A stretch of DNA of 63,993 nt, filler included, from a bacterium (GTDB lineage: Bacteria; JBBIVP01): assembly GCA_037439705.1 (NCBI GenBank). It is 5 parts of 5 records of this genome, joined end to end, with 100 filler letters (N's around TTAATTAATTAA, not from the genome) between each part and the next. Parts side by side here need not be neighbours in the genome. Positions count along the whole stretch, not along the records: positions 30,898 to 45,932 come from JBBIVP010000030.1; positions 46,033 to 60,711 come from JBBIVP010000031.1; 3 more parts are not named here. One strand, written 5' to 3'. The notes beneath the pieces were generated by a model. That model saw only the letters and a list, made by a program, of their open reading frames with translations, did no database searches and was not told the DNA's origin. This document shows positions 41,849 through 51,742 of the stretch, one piece after another (the first letter of the stretch is position 1; the number at the start of each line of letters is the position of its first letter). A program made the position numbers and the translations under genes.

Positions 41849-42195
41849 GAATATCCTGCCTTTTTCATATACCAGGGATGTTCATAAAGTGCAATCTGAA
41901 CGAGAGCTTTCAAAGCCCTTGCGAGATTTCTCCTTATGCCGGGCTTCTTTTCAAGCATTTCCTCAATTATGCGAACTTTCTTTTCATGTTTCATAAAGGA
42001 AAATGGCTTCAAAGATTTTAAGGATAAAATTGGATACACCTCAAGAAATAGGACTCCCGTAAAAATGGCAATCCTCACAAGAAGAGGATAAAAGGACACG
42101 AGTTTCATTATAAAATTGAAAACCTCCTCTTCATATTCCTTCACCTCAGGATATGGATTGAGTGTGTTAACGATTGACATAAAAATTCTTTTCAT
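41836..42195 (-). CDS. Small hypothetical protein coupled to the GMC gene (possible accessory subunit)
   Basis: 119 aa helical, ends Y.HP...GY; overlaps the GMC start. Confidence 0.6.
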   Translation of the reverse strand: MKRIFMSIVNTLNPYPEVKEYEEEVFNFIMKLVSFYPLLVRIAIFTGVLFLEVYPILSLKSLKPFSFMKHEKKVRIIEEMLEKKPGIRRNLARALKALVQIALYEHPWYMKKAGYSWAL

Positions 42196-42527
42196 TATAT
42201 AAAAGTTTCATCTGAAACAGGTTCATCGAATCCAGGGTACCTGGTATGAACAGCATAACGAGTAAGAATTACAGCTCTTTTCACTTCATCTGGGATTTCA
42301 ATTCCTGCTTTTGAAACTAAATCAAGAAGCGCATCAATGTCGTGTTTCCAGGGAAATTCTACATCAAGGCTCACGGGTAAAGCTTTCAAGGCTTTTTCTA
42401 CATACTGTTGTGCGTCAAAACACAGGTCTTCATCGAGAATATCTTCTGAAGTTTTACCTGCTTTTGCCCTTTCTAAATTGCTTTTTGCTCTTTTAAGCCA
42501 CTCATTTACGAGTTCTTGGTTTTTCAT
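42195..42527 (-). CDS. HEPN domain protein, apparently C-terminally truncated
   Basis: W..RAKSNL, CFDAQQ.VEKALKA, KHDI, RYPG. Confidence 0.85.
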   Translation of the reverse strand: MKNQELVNEWLKRAKSNLERAKAGKTSEDILDEDLCFDAQQYVEKALKALPVSLDVEFPWKHDIDALLDLVSKAGIEIPDEVKRAVILTRYAVHTRYPGFDEPVSDETFI

Positions 42528-42822
42528 AAATTATCCTCCCATCCTTTGCAATTTCATGATGGATTAAAAATTTATTTTCTTCGAGTTTCTCAAATCTTTC
42601 CACCGTTTCAACAATTATATCAACAGGAACACCTATTCCAAAAAGTTTAAGATAAATTTTCTTTTCAAATTCGTTTTTCTTAATACCTGATTTCAAAACA
42701 CATATATCATAATCACTCCATTTTGTGCTTTTATTTTTCACTCTGGAGCCGAAAAGGATAATTTTATCTGGATCAACTTCTTCTACAATTCTTCTTATTA
42801 TTTCTTTAATCACCTTATTCAT
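42502..42822 (-). CDS. Minimal nucleotidyltransferase (MNT)
   Basis: PDKIILFGSR...SDYDICV...VDI; start reassigned to ATG 42822 because the track start lies inside the promoter. Confidence 0.88.
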   Translation of the reverse strand: MNKVIKEIIRRIVEEVDPDKIILFGSRVKNKSTKWSDYDICVLKSGIKKNEFEKKIYLKLFGIGVPVDIIVETVERFEKLEENKFLIHHEIAKDGRIIYEKPRTRK

Positions 42823-42856
42823 CGAAATAGTTTCATTTTTCTTATCTTGTTGGGCA

Positions 42857-42885
42857 ATTTTAAAACTTTCAAAATTAATTGTCAA
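42857..42885 (-). promoter_or_regulatory. Near-consensus sigma70 promoter of MNT-HEPN
   Basis: Minus strand TTGACA-17nt-TAAAAT. Confidence 0.7.
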
Positions 42886-42903
42886 AAAAGTTCACAATTT
42901 TAA

Positions 42904-44061
42904 TTATTCCGATTCTTCAGCACATCCGATTGAGAGATTCATATCCGAATAAGATGTTACCCCGTTCATATCCTTCAATTCAACCCTTATGAGCCATTCT
43001 CCCCTTGTAAGTTCTGGAGATGTAAAAGAACCGTAATAAAAGGGTGGTTCTGTTGGATTGTTTGATGAAAGGACTGTCTGAAGGACCATCCAGGAAGATG
43101 GATTCCCGCTTGTCGGGTCATCAGGGTCTATCTGCGGTGTTTCCCCGCAGGCAGTAGTAACCGCCCTCCACCTCCAGAAGGAGTAAGATGGGTCCATATT
43201 CGTTTTAAATTCAAAAAAGACCTTCTTTCCTTCCTGAATGCCTGTTGTAGTTACCGGCGATAAAAATGTTGGCGGGGAAGGTGAAGCACCGAGTTCAACG
43301 CCGAGTCTGTAAGGAGGAGACCAGTTCGTCCACTGGAGGATTGGAGAGAGAGACCTTCCTACATTCACCTGTGCTCTTACCCTCCAGTAATGAACCCCTT
43401 CCTGAAGCTGAACCTGTGGTTGAGGAGAGGGGGTTGGAGTTTGAACTGATGGGACTGTAAGATTTACATAGGATGTGGTTACAGAAACTGATGTTTCAAT
43501 TATTCTGAAATCTGGGAAAAGTGATACCTCAAGTACATATTGAACTGCATTGTCAAGGTCTTCCCATTCAAAAACAGGTGTAGCGGTATTCACCCATATT
43601 CCATCAACAGGAGATATAAGTGGCGGTGCATCGGTATCTTCAATTCTTACAGTTACTGATATTTCGGAAGGAAATCCCTCTTCCCTTTCTTCAAAGTCCT
43701 TATCATTCCATCCTATGAAAAGGTTCTCTCCTTCCATTATGGTATTCGTGAGAAACCTGTATTTCATCCCTATGATAAATGATAGACCATTTTCTCCAAT
43801 TTTTCCTATGAGTCCCCTGTGTCCAAAGAATGGAATTGGGTCATCCGGGTCAACAACGAGTGAGCCAATTGCCTTTTCTTCATTGGTACTTATGGTTATA
43901 ACCTTACCCCTTTCCAGTTTGATTCCTGTATTGAGCCATGATGTGTTTTCATCAAGAGTGAAATAATAATCCAATGGATTGCTTTTTCCGTTTTCATCGT
44001 TATTATTTCCACAGCCCAGGAAAATCAGAAGGACCAAAATTATTTTGAGACTATTGCGCAT
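42904..44061 (-). CDS. Lipoprotein with LecA/PA-IL-like and Fn3/Ig-like domains
   Basis: Lipobox FLGC; WLNTGI.L..G..ITI, GLIGKIG, LFIGWND; P.L.SP.DG..TP.FEW...Y.LEVS...YWRVRA...WS. Confidence 0.65.
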   Translation of the reverse strand: MRNSLKIILVLLIFLGCGNNNDENGKSNPLDYYFTLDENTSWLNTGIKLERGKVITISTNEEKAIGSLVVDPDDPIPFFGHRGLIGKIGENGLSFIIGMKYRFLTNTIMEGENLFIGWNDKDFEEREEGFPSEISVTVRIEDTDAPPLISPVDGIWVNTATPVFEWEDLDNAVQYVLEVSLFPDFRIIETSVSVTTSYVNLTVPSVQTPTPSPQPQVQLQEGVHYWRVRAQVNVGRSLSPILQWTNWSPPYRLGVELGASPSPPTFLSPVTTTGIQEGKKVFFEFKTNMDPSYSFWRWRAVTTACGETPQIDPDDPTSGNPSSWMVLQTVLSSNNPTEPPFYYGSFTSPELTRGEWLIRVELKDMNGVTSYSDMNLSIGCAEESE

Positions 44062-45913
44062 ATCTGTATATTATTTTAAGGCTGTCAAGGTAAGGTGTAA
44101 AGTCCTGGTCGTTCGTTGAAAGAAACGCCCTCCATCTGAGATTCTTCCCAGTTGAGTTGAATATGTGGTCCTGATTAGGTGAAACATCTTCCCATGTCCT
44201 TCCTCCATCGTTTGAAAGCTGAAAACTTATGCTTCCGTATTCCTGAACGGACGGGTTTGGGATGATTCTTGCTTTTACTATATTTATGTCAGAAATAACC
44301 ACATCCGTTGATTGAGCCTTTTTCGGAGTGAGATATGACAGGGAACTTCTGAAGCCCCTCAGAAGTTTCAGTCCATCGGTTGAATCGGAGAGCAAGAGCC
44401 TGTGTCCGAGGTTCAACGAAGAAATGGCATTGGGTGAGTTTATTGTTCTTACAATTACGGGCGATTCAGGGAATGTTATATCAATGGATTTAAGTCCACC
44501 TCCTCCATCTGCAAGAAAGAGGTCAGTTCCGAAAGGAGAAATAGAAAGCGCGGTTGTTGTCTGAATTGAAGAAAGAAGGGAAGGAGTTTTTAGGTTTGAA
44601 GCCTTTAGAATCACAAATCCATTGCTTCCATCCGCAAGAAATATAAGGTCACCATTAAACCTTGAACCGTATGTTGAACCGGGAGTATCATATTTTCCGA
44701 TTTCTGCTGGACCTGATGGGTCATTTATATCTAATATCCATATTCCACTTGTTCCAAAACTTACAAAGGCGATATTTCTTTTTATCTCAAGGGATTCAGC
44801 ATTTCCTGTATAAGGAGATGGGAGATGGAAGGAGGATGTATAAGCGGGCTGTGTGGCATTTGATATACTGAAGAGTTTTAGTCCATCGCTTCCATCAGCA
44901 ACAGCGAGTATGTCACCATCTACATCAATCCCCCTGCCATCTGAAAGGGAGACGGATGTTATTGAGGAGGGAGATGAAGGGTTTGAAAGGTCATACACAT
45001 CAAGGGAATATCTCCTCACAATGTAAAGAATGTTAGCATTGAATAGAGAATCTTTGACATCAGGAAGAGAGATTTGAGATATCTGGCTTATATTTCCATT
45101 TGAGTAGGAAAGAACAGAAATTCCATCTGATTTCACAGCAAATATGAATGGAAATTCAGAAGAAATTTTGTAGAAGGAGCCTGATAGAGTTTCTTCTTCA
45201 GCAGGCACAACTGGATCTGCAATTTTCAGAATTCTTAAATTTCCTTCATTCGTTCCAACGAGCAATCTCTTTCCATATAAACGAAGGGAGGTGACGGTTC
45301 CGAGATTTGTTAGCCTTTTTAAGAGTTCAGGGGATTCTGGATTTTCAAACCTGTAAATGTAAAGCCCTCCGCTTCTATTTGCGACATATAAATAATCTCC
45401 ATCAATCTCCATATCCGTTACGGAATCTGATGAAAGGGTAAGGGTTTTTAAGAGCGACGGAGAAGAAGGCTTATCAAGGCTGAATATGTGGAGTTCTCCA
45501 AGGGTTGTTCCGACAAACAAAAATTTCCCTAATCTCTTTATTGAAACAGGGTCTCCTGATATAGGATTTGAGCCTGTTTCAGTCATATTAAAGGGATATG
45601 TTATGCTGATTGTAACGAGGTCCATTGCTCCTGCGGACACATAAAGGTAATCTCCATATACAGATATTGCCTGAGAATCTCCTCCTGTTATCGGTTCTCT
45701 GTCCATTTCGGTTATTGAGGATGGGGATGTTATGTTATAAGAAATTATTCCCTGTGCTCCATCTGCAAGGAATAAAGCATTGTTCATAGCATATATGTCT
45801 TTTCCCCTTTCATTATTCTGCGGGTTCTGAATTCTGGTATATTGAGCCAGTTTTCTAAAAGAAGGATTTGTTGAAAACCCTGACAGGTCAAAAATTATTA
45901 AACCCAGGCTTGT
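44051..45913 (-). CDS. LVIVD-repeat beta-propeller protein, probably 5' truncated
   Basis: Many YLYVA/FLADG..GL.I.DI..P..P repeats. The frame stays open upstream of ATG 45787 to about 45913 with another repeat (GLIIFDLS), close to the contig end. Confidence 0.88.
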   Translation of the reverse strand, partial: TSLGLIIFDLSGFSTNPSFRKLAQYTRIQNPQNNERGKDIYAMNNALFLADGAQGIISYNITSPSSITEMDREPITGGDSQAISVYGDYLYVSAGAMDLVTISITYPFNMTETGSNPISGDPVSIKRLGKFLFVGTTLGELHIFSLDKPSSPSLLKTLTLSSDSVTDMEIDGDYLYVANRSGGLYIYRFENPESPELLKRLTNLGTVTSLRLYGKRLLVGTNEGNLRILKIADPVVPAEEETLSGSFYKISSEFPFIFAVKSDGISVLSYSNGNISQISQISLPDVKDSLFNANILYIVRRYSLDVYDLSNPSSPSSITSVSLSDGRGIDVDGDILAVADGSDGLKLFSISNATQPAYTSSFHLPSPYTGNAESLEIKRNIAFVSFGTSGIWILDINDPSGPAEIGKYDTPGSTYGSRFNGDLIFLADGSNGFVILKASNLKTPSLLSSIQTTTALSISPFGTDLFLADGGGGLKSIDITFPESPVIVRTINSPNAISSLNLGHRLLLSDSTDGLKLLRGFRSSLSYLTPKKAQSTDVVISDINIVKARIIPNPSVQEYGSISFQLSNDGGRTWEDVSPNQDHIFNSTGKNLRWRAFLSTNDQDFTPYLDSLKIIYRYAQ

Positions 45914-45932
45914 TTAGTAAAATAGTTCTTTT

Positions 45933-46032
45933 NNNNNNNNNNNNNNNNNNNNNNNNNNNNNNNNNNNNNNNNNNNNTTAATTAATTAANNNNNNNNNNNN
46001 NNNNNNNNNNNNNNNNNNNNNNNNNNNNNNNN
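45933..46032. other. Artificial contig linker
   Basis: N-run, TTAATTAATTAA, N-run. Confidence 0.97.
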
Positions 46033-46055
46033 AATTTTATTTATAATCTCTTACA

Positions 46056-46931
46056 ATGAAAAACTGGATAGAAGTGAAGATGTCAATAAAAAAAGGAATT
46101 GAAGATGAAATCGCATCTATACTCCTGAGCGAAGGCTCACACGGAGTATTCACAAAAGAAAAGAAGTCGGAAACATTCTGGGATAATCCTCCGGAGATGA
46201 TCGGAGATAATGTCCTTCTCTATGCCTATTTTCTTACCGAACAGGAAAAAATTGAAACATTGAAAAAGATAAAAGAAAAATTTACAAATGTAATATCCGA
46301 GCTCTCAGTCAGCGTTCTCGGCGATGAGGAACTTTCAGAAAACTGGAAGTCTTATTTCAGAATAGTTGAAATCCTTGACTTTGCCATTGTTCCCTCATGG
46401 ATGGAATATAAAGGGAATAAAATTCCTGTAAAAATTACCTGTGGACTTGCCTTCGGAACAGGGACTCATCCCACCACAAGAACCTGCGCATATGCTGTTC
46501 AGAAATACCTAAAAAGAAATCCAGTAGAAAAAATGCTTGATGTAGGATGCGGGTCTGGAATTCTCACTATCATATCTGCAAAGATGGGAGTGAAAAGGTG
46601 TAGTGGAATTGATATAGATAGAAGGTGCGTTGAGACATCAAAGTTTAATGCCATGAAAAACAGAGTAGCAGAAGTCACGGAATTTTTGCATACTTCAGTA
46701 GAAAATCTGAACGAAAGATTTCCGTTCATTGTTGCTAACATTTACCATACCATTCTTATGGAACTCAAAAGCCATCTTTTAAATGCACTTGAAAAGAATG
46801 GAATTCTCATCCTCTCCGGAATTACTGAAGGGTATAGAACCACTATCATCAATGAATTTACAAAAGAAACTGCACTTTTAGAATCCATAAAAGAAGATGG
46901 ATGGATCACCCTTGTTCTCAAAAAAACTTGA
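46056..46931 (+). CDS. prmA: Ribosomal protein L11 methyltransferase
   Basis: NWK.YF, AFGTGTHPTT, LDVGCGSGIL, VANI, LSGI. Confidence 0.93.
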   Translation: MKNWIEVKMSIKKGIEDEIASILLSEGSHGVFTKEKKSETFWDNPPEMIGDNVLLYAYFLTEQEKIETLKKIKEKFTNVISELSVSVLGDEELSENWKSYFRIVEILDFAIVPSWMEYKGNKIPVKITCGLAFGTGTHPTTRTCAYAVQKYLKRNPVEKMLDVGCGSGILTIISAKMGVKRCSGIDIDRRCVETSKFNAMKNRVAEVTEFLHTSVENLNERFPFIVANIYHTILMELKSHLLNALEKNGILILSGITEGYRTTIINEFTKETALLESIKEDGWITLVLKKT

Positions 46932-46963
46932 ATAGTCAAAATTATAAGATTATTTTTTGTTTT

Positions 46964-47536
46964 ATGTTTGAAATAAGATTTCATGGAAGAGGCGGACAGG
47001 GCGTTGTAACGTGCGCTGACCTTCTTGCTACTGCTATAATTATGGAAGGAAGGTTCGCTCAGGCAAAACCGAGTTTTGGTTCAGAAAGAAGGGGAGCACC
47101 TGTTCAGGCTTTCCTGAGGATGGATGATAAAAAAATCGTAACAAGAAGTGATATATACAATCCCGATGCTCTAATCATTCTTGACCCTCTTCTTGGAGCG
47201 GAACCCGAGACCCTTAAAGGTTTGAAAGAAGGAGGTCTGATAGTTTTAAATACTGCAAAAACCATTGAAGAAGTAATTAAAAAATTAAACTTTAAAGGAA
47301 CCTATTGTGTTGTGAATGCTACAGAAATCGCTGTCGAAAAAATAAAAATTCCGGTTGCAAACACTGCTATACTCGGAGCATTTCTTAAAGTAAAACCCAT
47401 TGTATCAAAGAAAACTATAACGGAATTTTATGAAGAAAGGTTTGGAAAAATGGGCGAGAAAAATTATGAGGCTTTTGAATTAGCTTATGAAAAAGCAGTG
47501 ATAGGAAACTTAAATGGCCAACGAAAAATGGCATGA
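46964..47536 (+). CDS. porC: Pyruvate/2-oxoacid:ferredoxin oxidoreductase gamma subunit
   Basis: MFEIRFHGRGGQG, FGSERRGAP, NTAILGA; start ATG 46964. Confidence 0.92.
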   Translation: MFEIRFHGRGGQGVVTCADLLATAIIMEGRFAQAKPSFGSERRGAPVQAFLRMDDKKIVTRSDIYNPDALIILDPLLGAEPETLKGLKEGGLIVLNTAKTIEEVIKKLNFKGTYCVVNATEIAVEKIKIPVANTAILGAFLKVKPIVSKKTITEFYEERFGKMGEKNYEAFELAYEKAVIGNLNGQRKMA

Positions 47537-47795
47537 GATAAATCCGGGAGCAATTATAGATAGACCCGGAAGTTCAAAAGAAAACAAAACAGGAAACTGG
47601 AGGACCTTCAGACCTGTAACTGATAAAAAGAAATGCATAAAATGTGCTATCTGCTGGCTTTTCTGCCCCGACAATTCAAGAATCATGGTTGAAAACGGAT
47701 ATTTTGATGTCAATCTGACATATTGCAAGGGTTGTGGAATATGTGCTGAAGAATGTCCTACTGATGCAATAGAAATGGTAATGGAGGAGTGGTAA
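47514..47795 (+). CDS. porD: 2-oxoacid:ferredoxin oxidoreductase delta subunit (2x[4Fe-4S])
   Basis: TGNWR..RP, CIKCAIC...CP, CKGCGIC...CP. Confidence 0.93.
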   Translation: MANEKWHEINPGAIIDRPGSSKENKTGNWRTFRPVTDKKKCIKCAICWLFCPDNSRIMVENGYFDVNLTYCKGCGICAEECPTDAIEMVMEEW

Positions 47796-48964
47796 TGCCT
47801 GTAAAAGCAATTGAGGTTTCCTTTGCCATCTCGGAAGCAGTGAAACTTGCAGATGTGGATGTAGTTTCTGCCTATCCAATTACTCCACAAACACATATAG
47901 TTGAAAGGCTTTCGTCAATTATTGCTAACGGAGAACTGGATGCTGAATTCATACTTGTTGAATCTGAACATACTGCAATGAGTGCCTGCATAGGAGCTGC
48001 AGCAGTTGGAGCGAGAACATTTACATCCACATCATCGCAAGGACTTGCTTTAATGTCAGAAATGCTATACATTGCCTCTGGTTTAAGACTTCCGATAGTA
48101 ATGGCAGTTGCCAACAGGGCTCTTTCCGCTCCAATAAATATATGGAACGACCACAGCGATATAATGGCACAGAGAGATTGTGGATGGATTCAACTGTTTG
48201 CTGAAAACGGTCAGGAAACATTTGATATGATTTTACAGGCATACAGAATAGGAGAGGACAAAAGAGTGCATCTCCCTGTATGTGTAAACCTTGATGGTTT
48301 CATTCTAACCCATGTGACCGAACCAATTGGTATTCCCGAGGAGAGCGAAGTGCGGAAATTTCTCGGGAAAAAATTTGAACCCCTTCTCAGACTCCATCCC
48401 GATAATCCAATAACCATGGGACCTGTGGGACATCCGGATATCTACACAGAGGTGAAAAAGGCGCAGGAGATGGCACTCTTCGGTTCAAAAAAGGTTATTT
48501 TGGAAGTATGGGATGAATTTGAAAAAATTTTTGGAAGAAAATATTCACCAATAAAAAAATATCTTGCTGATGATGCTGAAATACTTTTCCTTATGATGGG
48601 CGGAATAGCAGAAACAGCAACTATTGCAATTGAGGAATTAAGAAATAAAGGGATTAAAGCAGGACTTCTTTCATTAAAATTGTGGAGACCCTTCCCGTTT
48701 GAAGAACTGTTTTCAAGCGTTAAAAATGCAAAAATCCTCATAGTTATAGACAGGGCTATTTCTTTCGGAGGTCCTCCGGGTCCTTTATATTCGGAGGTTC
48801 GCTCTGCACTTTACGGAAAAAACGGCAACCTTCAGATTTATGGATTTATTATGGGACTTGGTGGAAGGGATGTAAAAGTGGAAAATTTTCTTGAAGCATA
48901 CGAAAGAACCAGAAGATGTTCTCAGGAACCAGGAAAAGCAGAGATTATAGGGTTGAGAGAATGA
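47795..48964 (+). CDS. porA: Pyruvate/2-oxoacid:ferredoxin oxidoreductase alpha subunit
   Basis: AYPITPQT, VESEH, TSSQGL, NRALSAP; GGAGG before ATG 47795. Confidence 0.94.
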   Translation: MPVKAIEVSFAISEAVKLADVDVVSAYPITPQTHIVERLSSIIANGELDAEFILVESEHTAMSACIGAAAVGARTFTSTSSQGLALMSEMLYIASGLRLPIVMAVANRALSAPINIWNDHSDIMAQRDCGWIQLFAENGQETFDMILQAYRIGEDKRVHLPVCVNLDGFILTHVTEPIGIPEESEVRKFLGKKFEPLLRLHPDNPITMGPVGHPDIYTEVKKAQEMALFGSKKVILEVWDEFEKIFGRKYSPIKKYLADDAEILFLMMGGIAETATIAIEELRNKGIKAGLLSLKLWRPFPFEELFSSVKNAKILIVIDRAISFGGPPGPLYSEVRSALYGKNGNLQIYGFIMGLGGRDVKVENFLEAYERTRRCSQEPGKAEIIGLRE

Positions 48965-49908
48965 GAAAACTAACACCAGAAGAAAGAGAACTTATAAAGT
49001 TTGCAAAAGCACTCACAAGGGATGAATTCTTTGAAAGGGGACATAGAGCATGCCAGGGCTGTGGTCCTGCACTTGGAATGAGGCTGATAACAAAAACTCT
49101 CGGAAAGGACACGGTCGTTTCAATGGTCACTGGATGCATGGAAATAATATCATCATATTACCCTGATACTGCCTGGAAAATCCCATGGCTTCATGCTGCC
49201 TTCGAAGTAGCCGCTTCTGTGGCATCGGGCATGGAAGCAGGTTTTAAAGTATTAATGAGAAAAGAAAAACTTCCACAAAGGGATATAACTGTTGTAGCCA
49301 TCGGAGGAGACGGTGGAACTGCAGATATAGGGTTGCAGGCATTATCAGGAGCACTGGAAAGAGGGCATAAATTTATATACATCTGCTATGACAATGAAGC
49401 ATATATGAACACAGGTATTCAGAGGTCAAGCCTTACCCCATTTCATGCATGGACAACAACATCTCCAGCAGGTAAAAAAAGTAAGGGACAGCCTGTATGG
49501 AAAAAGAACGTGCCAGAAATTGTGGCTGCTCACAGAACTCCCTATGTAGCCACCTGCTCCATAGCATTTCCAATGGACTTCATAGACAAGTTGAAAAAAG
49601 CGAAAGAGGTGAATGGCCCAACTTATTTACATTTGCTTGCACCCTGCCCCCTGGGATGGAGGCATCCCAGTGATATAACGATAAAAATTGCAAGACTTGC
49701 AGTTGAAACCTGCTTTTTCCCTCTTTACGAAATTGAAAACGGAAAATACAGAATCACATATTTCCCGGAGGAACTCCTTCCATTAAAGGAATACATGAGG
49801 CTTCAGGGAAGGTTCAACCATTTAACCGATGAGGACATTCAAGAGATAGAAAAAATAGTAAGAGAAGAATGGGAGCTTTTAAAAAGAAAAGCAGAGTTTT
49901 TCAAATAG
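48961..49908 (+). CDS. porB: Pyruvate/2-oxoacid:ferredoxin oxidoreductase beta subunit
   Basis: GHRACQGCG, TGC, GGDGGTADIG, YDNEAYMNTG (TPP motif). Confidence 0.94.
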   Translation: MRKLTPEERELIKFAKALTRDEFFERGHRACQGCGPALGMRLITKTLGKDTVVSMVTGCMEIISSYYPDTAWKIPWLHAAFEVAASVASGMEAGFKVLMRKEKLPQRDITVVAIGGDGGTADIGLQALSGALERGHKFIYICYDNEAYMNTGIQRSSLTPFHAWTTTSPAGKKSKGQPVWKKNVPEIVAAHRTPYVATCSIAFPMDFIDKLKKAKEVNGPTYLHLLAPCPLGWRHPSDITIKIARLAVETCFFPLYEIENGKYRITYFPEELLPLKEYMRLQGRFNHLTDEDIQEIEKIVREEWELLKRKAEFFK

Positions 49909-49917
49909 GAGGAGTCA

Positions 49918-50235
49918 ATGAGTGAAGTAATTGAATATAAAGGAGAAAAATTTGACGAAATAGTGGCATCAGAAATACCGTGCATGGTGGACTTCTGGGC
50001 TCCATGGTGTGGACCATGCAGAATGATAGCACCTGTAATTGAAGAGATAGCAAGGGAAATGAAGGGAAACATGAAGGTTGTAAAGGTAAATGTTGACGAT
50101 TATCCTGAGCTCGCAGAGAGATTTGGAATAATGAGCATTCCCACCCTTCTTTTTTTCAAAAATGGAGAAATTAAAGGGAAAATTGTAGGGGCGGTTCCCA
50201 AAAGGGAAATTTTAAAAAAGCTCAACGAGATTTAA
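49918..50235 (+). CDS. trxA: Thioredoxin
   Basis: DFWAPWCGPC, SIPT. Confidence 0.96.
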   Translation: MSEVIEYKGEKFDEIVASEIPCMVDFWAPWCGPCRMIAPVIEEIAREMKGNMKVVKVNVDDYPELAERFGIMSIPTLLFFKNGEIKGKIVGAVPKREILKKLNEI

Positions 50236-50273
50236 AGATACTCTTTTAAACAACTAAAAGCATTTCTCTTAAT

Positions 50274-50302
50274 TTTACTTTCCATTTAAAAATTGGTATA
50301 TT
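50274..50302 (+). promoter_or_regulatory. Extended -10 promoter of cysS, probably leaderless
   Basis: TTTACT-17nt(ending TGg)-TATATT, 6 nt before ATG 50309. Confidence 0.55.
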
Positions 50303-50308
50303 TTTAAC

Positions 50309-51742
50309 ATGGGAATAAGTCTTTATAATACTCTCTCAGGGGAGAAAGAAAAGTTTGAACCAATATCTAATGGAAAAGTAGGAATTTATGTGTGCGGGGT
50401 CACAGTTTATGACCTATGTCACATAGGACATGCCAGGTCACAAATAGTTTTTGATGTAATTGTAAGGTATCTGAGATACAGGGGTTATGAGGTGAAATAT
50501 GTAAGAAATTTTACGGATATTGATGATAAAATTATAAAAAGGGCAAAGGAAGAGAATCTGAGCTGGAAAGAGGTTGCTGAAAAATATATTAGAGAATTTT
50601 ATAACGATTTTGACAGACTTTTTATGATAAAACCGGATGTGGAACCAAGAGTAACCGAACATATAGAGGACATCATAAATGTGGTAAAACTGCTCGTTGA
50701 GAAGGGATATGGATATGTCGTGGACGGCAATGTTTACTTTTCGGTAAAAAGGTTTAAAGAATACGGAAAACTTTCAAAAAGGTCAATTGAAGAGATGCTC
50801 GCTGGAGCAAGGGTTGAGCCAGATGAAAAAAAAGAAGACCCGCTTGATTTTGCGCTCTGGAAGAAGAGCAAAGAAGGAGAACCAGGATGGGATAGTCCGT
50901 GGGGAAAAGGCAGACCGGGCTGGCACATTGAATGTACTGTGATGAGTACAAAATACCTCGGAAAATCTTTTGACATTCACGGTGGAGGAATGGACTTGAT
51001 CTTTCCACACCATGAAAATGAGATCGCACAGGCTGAGTGCGCCTTCGGGCAGAGGTATGTAAAATACTGGCTTCACAACGGATTTGTAAACATAAACAAG
51101 GAAAAGATGTCAAAATCCACAGGATTATTTTTCACAATAAGAGATGTTTTGAAAAAAACAGATCCTGAAGTTTTAAGATTTTTTCTTCTTTCTAAACATT
51201 ACAGAAGTCCTCTTGATTTTTCTGAAGAAGGATTGAAAGAAACATGGAGGGCTCTTATAAGGTTTTATGGAAGCCTTCTTCAAATAAAGGAAAAACTAAA
51301 AGATTACCCGTTGAAAGAACGATGTGAAGAAAGAGAGGTAAACTCCTTTCTGGAAAAATTTATTTCTGCTATGGATGATGATTTTAATACTGCAAGGGCA
51401 ATCGGGATTATATTTGAAACATTATCTTATATCTCGTCTATCAAAAATCCACAAATCCTCGGAGGATGCTATGCTAAATTTATCAGAGACATTAAAGAAA
51501 TATCGGGAATTTTCGGGGTTTTCATGAGCGAACCCGAAGAATTTTTTTTAAGAACAAACAAAATTATGGCTGAGGTTAAAAATGTAGATATAAAAAAAGT
51601 AGAGAAAATGATAAATCAAAGAGCGGAATTCAGAAAAATGAAAAACTTTGAAAAGGCAGATGAAATAAGGGAAAAATTAAAGGAGATGGGAATTGTCCTT
51701 GAAGATACTCCTACCGGAACAAGATGGAGGTTTGAAATATGA
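50309..51742 (+). CDS. cysS: Cysteine--tRNA ligase
   Basis: YVCGVTVY..CHIGH, GRPGWHIEC, DIHGGG.DL.FPHHENE, KMSKS. Confidence 0.97.
   Translation: MGISLYNTLSGEKEKFEPISNGKVGIYVCGVTVYDLCHIGHARSQIVFDVIVRYLRYRGYEVKYVRNFTDIDDKIIKRAKEENLSWKEVAEKYIREFYNDFDRLFMIKPDVEPRVTEHIEDIINVVKLLVEKGYGYVVDGNVYFSVKRFKEYGKLSKRSIEEMLAGARVEPDEKKEDPLDFALWKKSKEGEPGWDSPWGKGRPGWHIECTVMSTKYLGKSFDIHGGGMDLIFPHHENEIAQAECAFGQRYVKYWLHNGFVNINKEKMSKSTGLFFTIRDVLKKTDPEVLRFFLLSKHYRSPLDFSEEGLKETWRALIRFYGSLLQIKEKLKDYPLKERCEEREVNSFLEKFISAMDDDFNTARAIGIIFETLSYISSIKNPQILGGCYAKFIRDIKEISGIFGVFMSEPEEFFLRTNKIMAEVKNVDIKKVEKMINQRAEFRKMKNFEKADEIREKLKEMGIVLEDTPTGTRWRFEI

Noticed and set aside
45900..45932. Stop codon upstream of the LVIVD frame taken as the true gene boundary
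   Set aside because: It lies within about 20 nt of the contig end, repeat-like sequence continues up to it and no signal peptide is present, so truncation is more likely.
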